Shown piece after piece: positions 49,701 to 60,708 of a stretch of DNA of 64,000 bases. The stretch lies in contig NC_081391.1 in assembly GCF_030684315.1 (NCBI RefSeq), forward strand, positions 13,121,342-13,185,341, given 5' to 3'. The stretch comes from Stegostoma tigrinum (taxonomy: Eukaryota). The notes beneath the pieces are model-generated. The model did no database searches, was not told where the DNA came from, and saw only the letters and a list, made by a program, of their open reading frames with translations. Position 1 is the stretch's first letter, and every line of letters begins with the position of its first letter. The translations under genes were made by a program, and so were the position numbers.

Positions 49701-51491
49701 GCTTCAATGTTGCTGGAGTAACTGCCTCCACTGACCCCACAGGTAATGCATCCCATACCTCTCCCACCCTCGACTGGGTGGGTGGGTCCTCCAATCTCCT
49801 CAAACCTGTGCCATCTGGTCTTCATGTCTGCCATGGGGACTGTGTATTGTCCATCCTCCCTGATCTTCCACACTTCCATCAGATCACCATCCCAGGCTAT
49901 CCAACCTCCCTCTCATCATTGTATTTTTGTTGTCTTTTTTTGCTTCCATCTTGGGCCAACATCCTGATGACCCTCACCTGTACCCCCTGCAGTGCCACCT
50001 TGTCCCTCTGATGGTGGTTCTGGTCACCACACTACATTCCATCTTTGGTCTGGCCAATGCTGCCATGTTTGTGGCAAGACTCATCCTTTCTACTGAGCCC
50101 CAAATCATGGAGACCAGCATCATGTCAGCCCCTTCCCCACTCTGTCTACCTTTGCTGAACCTTGAGGGATGGACTTGGGCATTTGTTGCTTGTCCCTTTT
50201 ACTGTAAGCACATTGCTCCCTTCAATGAATTAAATAGTAGTGATGTCTGATCATCCTGCTCAGACATGGATGAAGCCACCAGCACAGGTGAGACATAGAT
50301 GCCTGGCCTGCAAGGTGCAGATTGGTACTCTACCTCAAGAGCCCTTGAGACTAAGGTGTCAATGTCCTGATCTAAACGCCAAATGGGCACTGGTGCAAAC
50401 AGTTGAACTTTGTGTGAAATAAATCCCTAGCCCACAATGACTTCATGCTTCAGATCAAGGATAAATGGAGCAAAGTGAAGTCACTTCACAAGTAATGAAT
50501 GTGGGTTTTAGGGGTGGCACAGTTGCTCAGTGCCAGGGACACAGGTTTAGCTCTGGCCTCTGATGACTGGTGCTTACATGTTCAGGTTTCTTCCTACAGT
50601 CCAAATATGGGCAGGCTGCGTGAAGTAGCCATGGGGGAATTGCAGTGCGAATGGCTCAGGTAAATCTGAGATCTTCTTCAGAAGGTTGATTGCAGACTCA
50701 ATGGGCTGAATGGCCTGCTCCCATGCTGCGGCGAGTCTCTGATTCTGAAGCTTAACTGTTCCTGTTTCCATCCTCAGAAGCCTGAGAGGGATGAGTGGGG
50801 TAACAGTCTGCAGGCAATGCAGGTTGCCCTGGATGTGGAGAAGAATGTGAACCAGAGTTTGCTGGATCTACACCAACTCGCCACAGCCCAGACTGACCCT
50901 CATGCAAGCTTCACCTCTTCATTCTCATCACTGCCATGCCTCCTCAACTTCATTGGTTGGTCTTTGTGGAGTGGAAATTCACAGACGTAACTTTGTCCAG
51001 ATGCTACATTGTACCTTTGTCATCATAATTATGATGACAATGTTAAACTGCTCAACACCGAACTGAAATAGGAATTTGGATTACAGTCTAGTGGGAATGC
51101 TGATGTGATTTTTGGCTGCTGAATTGGGGATTGTTGCACTATACAAGACAACTTGGAGCTCTTTAAGAAGGTGAGATGAAGCAGCTGAAATGTCCTCACT
51201 GGCACAAATTCTCCACCTGTTAGCTAGATTTTCAGGGATGTCTAGAACTAGCTATGGCTCAGTCTTTTTCAGTAGGAATTGTGAAGTTGTCTTGGATAGT
51301 ATAAATGTACCAAGTGTCATATTCCTCTGTTGCAGCTGTGTGACTTCCTGGAGACTCACTATTTGGATGAGGAGGTGGAGATCATCAAGCAACTCGGGGA
51401 CTACATCACCAACCTGAAGCGCCTGGGAGCCCCTGAGAATGGGATGGGAGAGTACCTGTTTGACAGGCTCTCCCTGGAGGACAGCAGTTAG
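46761..51491 (+). pseudogene. Ferritin copy 6 (type E), open frame but probably non-functional: exons 46761-46862, 49301-49447, 50778-50903, 51336-51491
   Basis: Whole DR1-CCAAT-TATA promoter missing (spacer sequence joins the 5'UTR at ~46722); exon 3 donor is CAT|gcaagc rather than gtaagc; QNY>QNC and VNK>VKR. No frameshift or internal stop; AATAAA at 51617-51622. Confidence 0.65.
47688..47897. mobile_element. Short inverted-repeat Penelope-terminus insertion in intron 1 of copy 6
   Basis: Imperfect inverted arms (gaacacagcaggccaagcag...ggagcaggaaggctg / cagccttcctgctcc...gcttggcctgatgtgttc), flanked by the direct repeat gggtagaatgt at 47676-47686 and 47901-47911. Confidence 0.7.
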
Positions 51492-53420
51492 TGTGGCCTG
51501 GAGTACTGTCTGCTTGTTCTGAATGCATTCCCCACTTCACCCTGGGCAACCCGTCTCCTTCCAGGGAGAAGAGGCTTGTAGCAAAGAATAATGGCTGTAC
51601 CAGCTGAATGCAAATGAATAAAATCATTTATGATCTTGCTTATTGTCCATCATTCAGAGCACTGGATATTTTGGGAAATGTCTTATTGAGCTTGAAGGCA
51701 GTTCTCTTTCTGTAATTTGGCTGACCCAATTACTAATTGGACATGAAAACAACCTTTCAATGGATGTATTTACTCACTCTCGATCATTGCACAGTAACTA
51801 GACGGACTTCCTTTTTCTCATGACACAGGAGACTCGAGACTTTCCCCTCTAAGTAGGATGAGGTTGGTGTTTCCCCAATTGTGGGGTGGAAAATCTTCCA
51901 GAGGTCAATTAGTACACTTCTGGATACTCTAGGTTCAATTGTCGATCAGAACTTGTCTTCCTTTTTGAGACAGGAAGTTCCCGTACCTGCTCGAAGGGAT
52001 AAACCAGACGCCCATTCCATAGGATGTGGGATATCTACGTTCAATGCCAGGTTTCCCTTCCTGCAGCCTCCCCTCAGTCACCACGAGCAATGAGATTTGT
52101 CACTTGGACACTAATCTAATGGGAAGACAAGTCTGTGATTTGGAGGCTGGATCAGTTGACAAAATGCTGGCGGAAGTAGATATATCAAGTTCTGCTCTAA
52201 ATCCAGTTGCAGGAACCAGCTAAGTTAGGAAAGACACAGGCTTGACTCATCTGGTGTAACCTCCCCAGTGAGGCCCTACCATGACCAGTATTTTCTATTC
52301 TCAGCATTGTTGTTTTTGGTCTCCTGTGGATGTAGCCTAGGGATCTTGGAGCCGGTTATGGATCAAAGCAGGACCAGCACTGGAGGCCTGTGACCTTCTC
52401 TTTCTCCCCATCTCTTGTTCCAGCCAACTGCAGTTGCACCCCCTACCCGGTTAAATCCCTCTTGACATTTCTGAGGGAGGGTGGCTGGACTCACTGTGGG
52501 TTGGCTTTTTCATTCCTCCATCTGAGTAACATAGACCGCTCCATCTTTGCTCAAGAAGGAGTCAGTTCACACTGGGGCTGAGCTTTTCCCAAGAGCAATC
52601 CAAAATTGTCTTTACTGTGGCATCCTCCCCTTCTTCCTCCTCCTTTCTCCACCACACCCCACTTCTCTCCCAGCATTCACTCCAACAAGCTGCCCAGCCC
52701 AGATCTGGGAAAATTCAGCCCAACCGTTCACAGAAGCCACTTACCAAGAGGTCAGCTGGAATTCCCCTGATCTGTATGGGATTCCAATGTCTGCTCTCGA
52801 TGCTAACAACAGGAAGTTTTAGTTTTTGCTGTAGAATCCCTCAATGCGGGCAGATGCCATTCAGCTCATTAAATTTGTAATGACCTACTGAGCAACCTCC
52901 TGCTGGGGGACACCCTATTCCCTTAATCCCACATTTCCCATGGCTAATCTAACAAATCCGAATGCCCCTTGTCACTGTCAGCAATTATCTTTGCCAATCG
53001 ACCTAATCTGCAGGCCACTGGATTAGGGGAGGGAGTCGGAGCAGATGGTGGAAACCCATGCAGACACAGGGAGAATGTGCAAACTCCACTCATGTTGCCA
53101 AAGGCTCGAATTGAACCAGAGTCCCTGTGGCTGTGACGTATCAGTGCTCACCACTGAGCCCCCATCACGCCCAAAAGTACCAAACAAAAGGGGGAGGCAG
53201 TTGCACAGTCATCAAGTCGTACATCATGGAAATAGACTCTTCTGCCCACACAGTCCCTACACACCAGGTTTCCAAAACTCTGTAGTGCCATTTGGCCCAT
53301 CTTCCTCGAAGCCATTCCTTCCCCCATAAGTGTCCAAATGTCTTATCAAAGTGGTAATTATACGTCTATTTTATTCTCATTTTCAGCTTGATAAACTTAT
53401 ACAATTTGTTCTTGCACAGG

Positions 53421-53603
53421 AGGTCAAAGGTCATTCAGCAATTCCATCATCCACCAGTTGTCAATTCTGGTTTCTGGATCCAATTCCCATCCTGCACTGA
53501 TTGGACGTGGCAACTGATCAATTGATTAACAAGAGTGATTGGCCATCACTGATGATGTCATTTCCTGCTCAAAAAATGAGGGTCTTCTCCTGGAGTATAA
53601 ATA
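53421..53603 (+). promoter_or_regulatory. Proximal promoter of copy 7 (perfect DR1 53421-53433; TATAAATA 53596-53603)
   Basis: Same motif order as the other promoters. Confidence 0.72.
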
Positions 53604-53698
53604 GAGCCCAATGGCATTGCTATTTTAGGTGTAGCTGATTTTCTTTCTATAGTTATAATTTGGTTTTGTTGGATAAGGAAAGCTGTTTCTATCACAAA

Positions 53699-56600
53699 AT
53701 GGCCTCCCAGATCAGTCAGAACTATCACCAGGATTGTGAAGCTGCTGTCAACAAGCAGATTAATGTGGAGCTCACTGCCTCCTATCTCTATCAGTCTTTG
53801 GTGAGTGCTGTCCCTGTGGGGTTGGAGTTACTTCTGTTATGAAGTGAACTGTTTTTTTTAAAACAAACTAGATTAATACTCTTGTATAATAAAATGTGAG
53901 GCTGGATGAACACAGCAGGCCAAGCAGCATCTCAGGAGCACACATTTAGCTTTTGTGCTCCTGAGATGCTGCTTGGCCTGCTGTGTTCATCCAGCCTCAC
54001 ATTTTATTATCTTGGAATTCTCCAGCATCTGCAGTTCCCATTATCTTTAACACTCTTGTAGACTTGTTTGTTTTTTTTGTATCTCTCTTAGCTATTTCTT
54101 GATTCAGCGTAAATGTGGTGATAATGGGATATGATACTGATATGCAGCAACTGAGGACCCAGTTGTCTCAATGATATATGGAGGGTGAAGCATCTTGTGA
54201 TTTATCTTAGAATTCCTTTTAGGGCTGTGATTGCCTATAACTGGCTGTGGCTCTCCATAATTTTCTAAACTACTGTCAAGCTTTGATCCAGATAACCATT
54301 GGCTAACTATCTTTTTTAAATCTGCCTTGATGTATCTGCTTTAGTTTTGTGCATGTAAATAAACAAACATACTGGTTTTGGTATTTACAATAAGGTGTTG
54401 TAGTAATTTGACAAATCAGATTTTTTTAAGCTGAACTCAAGTCCTTGAGGTAAGACAAGCTGCTCCCTGCTTAAGTAGGTCTCCAATATTATTTTGGCTT
54501 TCTGTGCTCTATATAATGAAGTGGGTTTGATCCATCACTTAACAACCTATAGAAAGTTGACTTGTTATAGGTGCCTGCCCCCCCCCCCACCCCCCCACCG
54601 ACCCCCGGCCCCCCCACCCCCACCCCCCCCACCCCCCCACCGACCCCCGGCCCCCCCACCCCCCCACCGACCCCCGGCCCCCCCACCCCCCCACCGACCC
54701 CCGGCCCCCCCACCGACCCCCGGCCCCCCCACCCCCACCCCCCCCCCGGCCCCGGCCCCCCACCCCCCCCCCGGCCCCCCGGCCCCCCACCCCCCCCCCG
54801 GCCCCCCGGCCCCCCACCCCCCCCCCGGCCCCCCGGCCCCCCACCCCCCCCCCGGCCCCCCCCCCCCCGGCCCCCCACCCCCCCCCCCCCCCGGCCCCCC
54901 ACCCCCACCCCCCCCCCACCGACCCCCCCACCCCCCCCCGGCCCCCCCCCCCCACCGACCCCCCGGCCCCCCCCCCCCACCGACCCCCCGGCCCCCCACC
55001 CCCACCCCCCCCACCGACCCCCCCCACCGACCCCCGGCCCCCCCACCCCCCCACCGACCCCCGGCCCCCCCACCGACCCCCGGCCCCCCCACCCCCACCC
55101 CCCCACCGGCCCCCCCACCCCCACCCCCCCCCCGGCCCCCGGCCCCCCACCCGGCCCCCCACCCCCCCCACCCCCCCCCCGGCCCCCCACCCCCCCCCCG
55201 GCCCCCCGGCCCCCCACCCCCCCCCCGGCCCCCCGGCCCCCCACCCCCCCCCCGGCCCCCCGGCCCCCCCACCCCCCCCCCGGCCCCCCCCCCCCCCGGC
55301 CCCCCACCCCCCCCCCCCCCCCGGCCCCCCACCCCCACCCCCCCCCCACCGACCCCCCCACCCCCCCCCGGCCCCCCCCCCCCACCGACCCCCCGGCCCC
55401 CCACCCCCACCCCCCCCACCGACCCCCCCCACCGACCCCCGGCCCCCCCACCCCCCCACCGACCCCCGGCCCCCCCACCGACCCCCGGCCCCCCCACCCC
55501 CACCCCCCCACCGGCCCCCCCACCCCCACCCCCCCCCCGGCCCCCGGCCCCCCACCCGGCCCCCCACCCCCCCCCCCGGCCCCCCACCCCCCCCCCGGCC
55601 CCCCCCCCCCGGCCCCCCACCCCCCCCCCGGCCCCCCCCCCCCGGCCCCCCACCCCCCCCCCCCCCGGCCCCCCACCCCCACCCCCCCCCCACCGACCCC
55701 CCCACCCCCCACCGACCCCCCCACCCCCCCCCGGCCCCCCCCCCCCACCGACCCCCCGGCCCCCCACCCCCACCCCCCCCACCGACCCCCCCACCGACCC
55801 CCGGCCCCCCAACCCCACCCCCCCCCCCCACCGGCCCCCCACCCCCACCCCCCCCCCCCACCGACCCCCCACCCCCACCCCCCCCCGGCCCCCCACCGAC
55901 CCCCCCCGGCCCCCCACCGACCCCCCCGGCCCCCCACCGACCCCCCCCGGCCCCCCACCGACCCCCCCGGCCCCCCACCCACCCCCCCCGGCCCCCCACC
56001 GACCCCCCCGGCCCCCCACCCCCACCCCCCCCCCCACCGACCCCCCCCCCACCGACCCCCGGCCCCCCACCCCCACCGACCCCCCCACCGACCCCCGGCC
56101 CCCCACCCCCACCCCCCCCACCGACCCCCCCACCGACCCCCGGCCCCCCACCCCCACCCCCCCCCCCCACCGACCCCCGGCCCCCCACCCCCACCCCCCC
56201 CCCCCACCGACCCCCCCCACCGACCCCCGGCCCCCCACCCCCACCCCCCCCACCGACCCCCCCACCGACCCCCCCACCGACNNNNNNNNNNNNNNNNNNN
56301 NNNNNNNNNNNNNNNNNNNNNNNNNNNNNNNNNNNNNNNNNNNNNNNNNNNNNNNNNNNNNNNNNNNNNNNNNNNNNNNNNNNNNNNNNNNNNNNNNNNN
56401 NNNNNNNNNNNNNNNNNNNNNNNNNNNNNNNNNNNNNNNNNNNNNNNNNNNNNNNNNNNNNNNNNNNNNNNNNNNNNNNNNNNNNNNNNNNNNNNNNNNN
56501 NNNNNNNNNNNNNNNNNNNNNNNNNNNNNNNNNNNNNNNNNNNNNNNNNNNNNNNNNNNNNNNNNNNNNNNNNNNNNNNNNNNNNNNNNNNNNNNNNNNN

Positions 56601-59600
56601 NNNNNNNNNNNNNNNNNNNNNNNNNNNNNNNNNNNNNNNNNNNNNNNNNNNNNNNNNNNNNNNNNNNNNNNNNNNNNNNNNNNNNNNNNNNNCCCCACCC
56701 CCCCCCCCCCCCACCGACCCCCGGCCCCCCGACCCCCCCCCGACCCCCCCAAAAGGGGGCTGCTGGAACAGAACATGCTGAGGCTATTGACCCAGAGGTG
56801 AAGAAATAAATGTTCTTCCTTTACCATTTAACCAGATAAAGAAACAAACTGGCTCCTCCCACCATGTGGTGGTGCCCCTGTGCCCTTCCAAGGAGTAGAA
56901 TGTGTTCAGAAGGTGTTGAGGTCCCCTTGGTGAGTGCTGCAGGGGACCTGGTAGATAATGGACCCTGAAAGGAGGTGGTGAATGCAGTCCCCACGAAGTG
57001 GGCTGCTCTGTCCTGGATGGTGTCTGCTTCTTGCACGTTGCAGCTCCACTTCTCCAGACACATGGAGAATATTCATCACTCTCTGGGCTTGTGCCTATTG
57101 GAAGGAAGTCCTATCTAGGGACATGAGGATAAAGTCCCTATAACTACCTTTTTGGGAGGTGGGAGTAGCTTTAACTAGTGAACCAATTGTTGGGTTTTAG
57201 TCACTGACCACTGTCCCAACTCAATCGGGAATCTTGTGTGCTGATAATAAAATCCCCACTATTCTTCACCTTCTACAACTTAACTACCCAATTAAACCAC
57301 TTGTTTAACTTTTTGTTTGTATTTGAGGATTAAACTAACTTCTCACCAGGATTCTACCAAAGAACAACTTCTTCTTTTGATGTCAATAGACTGTTCCTAA
57401 TCAGCAGTAACTTGTTGGATTGTGAATCTCAGTTGAAAAGTGAGTGAAATGAGTGGGGAAAACAATAGTTTAGCCTCTTGGAATAAGCTAAATTGAGCTC
57501 TCCAGCTTTGAACAAGTCAATAATCTATAGGTCACACAGTCCTGCAGATACCATTAGGTCTCCTGAACATTGGATCTTGTTTCAGTTGTGAATTTTAATG
57601 CTTTGCTTTGCAAGCTTCTGGCAACCTGAGTGCATGGCATAAACAAATGTGATAAACTATTGCTGCAACAAGCCAAAGGCTGTCACTGGGCAGGCTCTCC
57701 TTTAGCACCAAGATTCTCCTAATCGCCCTCATTCTCCTGCATACTGCAAACAGCATCTCTTGTAGAGCTGCTTTATGTAAAAAAAAAAAATACAGTACAT
57801 CTGATCCAATTGGTTGCAGAAGACCTGTACCTACCAGCTATATTAATGTCCAGCATCTGCATGTTACTCTAGCACCAGGGGAGACATGTAATGACTGGAA
57901 GTTGCCTGACCCTGTGCACATCCTGCATTCCAGCTCCTGGCACTTGTTTAAACCCTATTCAGTTACCACTTCCATCCAATTCTGGAGGCTAGATGGTAGA
58001 AATGTGCTTTCAGCTTTTCTATCCAGGCTGTGCCAGACACCCCCCCCCCAAACAATTCAGCAGGGTTTACAAACCAAAACACTGAATTTGCATCTTACGT
58101 GGAAGAAGCTGGGGTTGTTTGGTTTCCTCCAATTAAAGGAGCTGCTGGCTAATTTTGCAACACCATTAGTGAACATTGTAAGGTGTCAACAATTTTCAGC
58201 TGATTGAATCATTAGTTTGCTTTCGACGAAACCAGTCCTCCAGTTCTGAGCATGAGAAATGGGGTCAATGATGTGTTTAATGGGCTTTAACATGTTATCT
58301 CCCTTCTAGATGTCGTACTTTGACCGGGATGATGTTGCCCTCACCCATGTCTCCCGGTTCTTCAAAGATCAGTCCCAGGAGAAGCAGGAACATGCAGAGA
58401 AGCTGCTGAAATTCCAGAATCAGCGTGGAGGCAGAGTCCTCCTCCAGGATGTGAAGGTTGGAGTTTGGGAGGGGGGCATGGTGTGGTGTGCAGGAATGGT
58501 AGCTCATGGTGTTTTCTGTTAATAGTGACAAGATTTTCATGTGGTAAAGGATGTGAAGGTTGGAGTTGGAGAAGGCAGGCAGTGGGGAGGAGATGTGAGA
58601 AATGGCTGCTTATGGTGTGGTTTCATGTCCTGAAAGAAAGTGAAAACTGTTTTGTTTGGCTCCCCTCCTTTTGATGAAAAGGCAAGAAATCCTAGAAACA
58701 AGCCTCTTGGCTCCCCTCCACCTGCTGCTTCTCCACCCCCCCCACCCCACCCCACCCCACCCCACCCCATGCTGACCCGATAAACACCAAACCACATTAA
58801 TCCCATTTACTGCACTTGGTCTACAGCCCCCATGGCATTGGTAGTTGTCTAGAAGCTGCTTAAATATTGCAGCAGTAGATGCCTCCCCCACTGCCCCACC
58901 CCCCCATATTATTTTTCCACTACCCTCTGGGCAAAGGATTCCTCTAACCTGCTGACTCCTCACATCAGTGCCCTCTGGTCTTCATGTCTCTTTCTCCCCA
59001 CCCCCTCATAGCAGACACTCCCCATCTACTATCAAGACTCCACACTAATCAAATGCCATCACATAAACATCTCAACTGACTTCACTCTGAGGATTGGAGT
59101 GAGAAATCTAATCTCTCCTTTTAATGGATTTTTCAGCCTTTGGGCAACATCCTGGTGACCCTTCCAGTGCCATTGTGGCTCTGGTCACCACACTGTGTAT
59201 TCCACCTTTGCATGGCCAATGCTGCAAACTTTGTGACAAGACTGGAGTCCCTGTACTGCGCCCCAAGAAATGGGGAAGGGCATTGTGGAAGCCAACTTCC
59301 CCATCCTGTCTACACTTATGGATCCTTGAAATATCTCTAGTCTTGTTCTCTTGGTTCCTTTTATTGTCAACATATTGCTGTCCCTTCAATGAATTAAATA
59401 GTAGTGATGCTTTTGATCATTCAGGTCAGTCCTATATGAAGCCATAAGCACAAGTGGGACTTCAACCTGGGCCTATGCTCCAAACCTAGGGACAGTACCA
59501 CTGCATTACGAGCCCTGGGATTAAGTTGTGAATATCCTCCTTGGGATGCCATCAGATGGGCACTGACAATTCTGTGCAAACATAACTCTTATCCCCACTA

Positions 59601-60708
59601 TGACCTGGTTGTGAATTGACTCTCCTTTCGGAAGAAGCAAATAGGGCTAGGTGAAAGCAATTCCTTAAATAACTGATGTGTTCTTCCTAAGGACTTCGGG
59701 GATGGCGGTGGATAGCACAACTGCATCAGTGCTTGGGGCACAAGCTTAATTCTGGAGTTGACATGTTCACCACATCTCTACATAGGCTTCCTCCCACAGT
59801 CCAAAGATGTGCAGGGTAGGATAGGCCATGAAAAATGCAGGATTACATAGCTGGAGCTAGGACCAGGTTGGATGCTCTTCAGATGGTCATGAGTGGGCAG
59901 AATGGCCTGATGCATGCTGCAGGGATGTTGTTTCTGAGGCTTACCTGTCCTTCTTTCCATCCTCAGAAGCCAGAGAGGGATGAGTGGGGTAACAGTCTGC
60001 AGGCGCTGCAGGTTGCCCTGGATCTGGAGAAGAATGTGAACCAGAGATTGCTGGATCTACACCAACTCTCCACAGCCCAGACTGACCCTCATGTAAGCTT
60101 CACCACTTCATTCTCATCACTGCGAGACCCTCAGGGCAACACTTCATTGGTTGGTCTGTGTGGATTGGAAATTCACAGGTGTGCACTGATCACTTTGGGT
60201 CCATGCTGCTGAGCAGTTGTTACATGGTGATCAGTAATGAAGTGAAATGGGAATTTGGAAGGCAATCCATTGGGAGTGATGAAGTGATATTGGCCATTGA
60301 ATTCCCATTCTCACTTGGGAGCATTACAGTGGAATGATCATTGTCCATCACCATCCAACTCAGCTCCACTTCACAAACAGCAAGATGGAGCAGCTGAAAT
60401 CCTATTGTCATCACCGACACAGATTTTCCAGGTGTTAGCTAAATTTTCAGGGCTGTATGGAACTAGTATGGTAAAGCCTGTTTTTCAGTGGGAATTCTGA
60501 AATTGTCTTGGATAGTGTTAATGCACCCAGTTGTCATATTCCTCTGTTGCAGCTGTGTGACTTCCTGGAGACTCACTATTTGGATGAGGAGGTGGAGATC
60601 ATCAAGCAACTCGGGGACTACATCACCAACCTGAAGCGCCTGGGAGCTCCTGAGAATGGGATGGGAGAGTACCTGTTTGACAGGCTCTCCCTGGAGGACA
60701 GCAGTTAG
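53699..60708 (+). CDS. Ferritin subunit, copy 7 (type D'), intact 176 aa: exons 53699-53800, 58310-58456, 59967-60092, 60553-60708 (intron 1 spans an assembly gap)
   Basis: Open spliced frame, GT-AG introns; exon 2 [49 protein letters not shown]; AATAAA at 60838-60843. Linkage of exon 1 to exons 2-4 depends on the scaffolded gap. Confidence 0.88.
53886..54046. mobile_element. Young Penelope-terminus insertion forming a perfect 57-bp inverted repeat
   Basis: Arm 53886-53942 is the reverse complement of 53954-54010 with an 11-nt loop; flanked by ttaa(t/c)actcttgta at 53873-53886 and 54047-54060 (probable target-site duplication). Confidence 0.8.
54578..56750. repeat. C-rich low-complexity tract (C runs punctuated by A, GA, GG; no T), interrupted by an assembly gap
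   Basis: Read directly; motifs such as CCCCCCACCGACCCCCGG recur. Confidence 0.9.
56282..56692. other. Assembly gap (411 N)
   Basis: Run of n characters. Confidence 0.99.

Noticed and set aside
54489-56827. Five long Pro-rich or Gly-rich ORFs (570-771 aa)
   Set aside because: Artefacts of a T-free low-complexity tract plus Ns, where stop codons cannot occur; the region lies inside ferritin intron 1.
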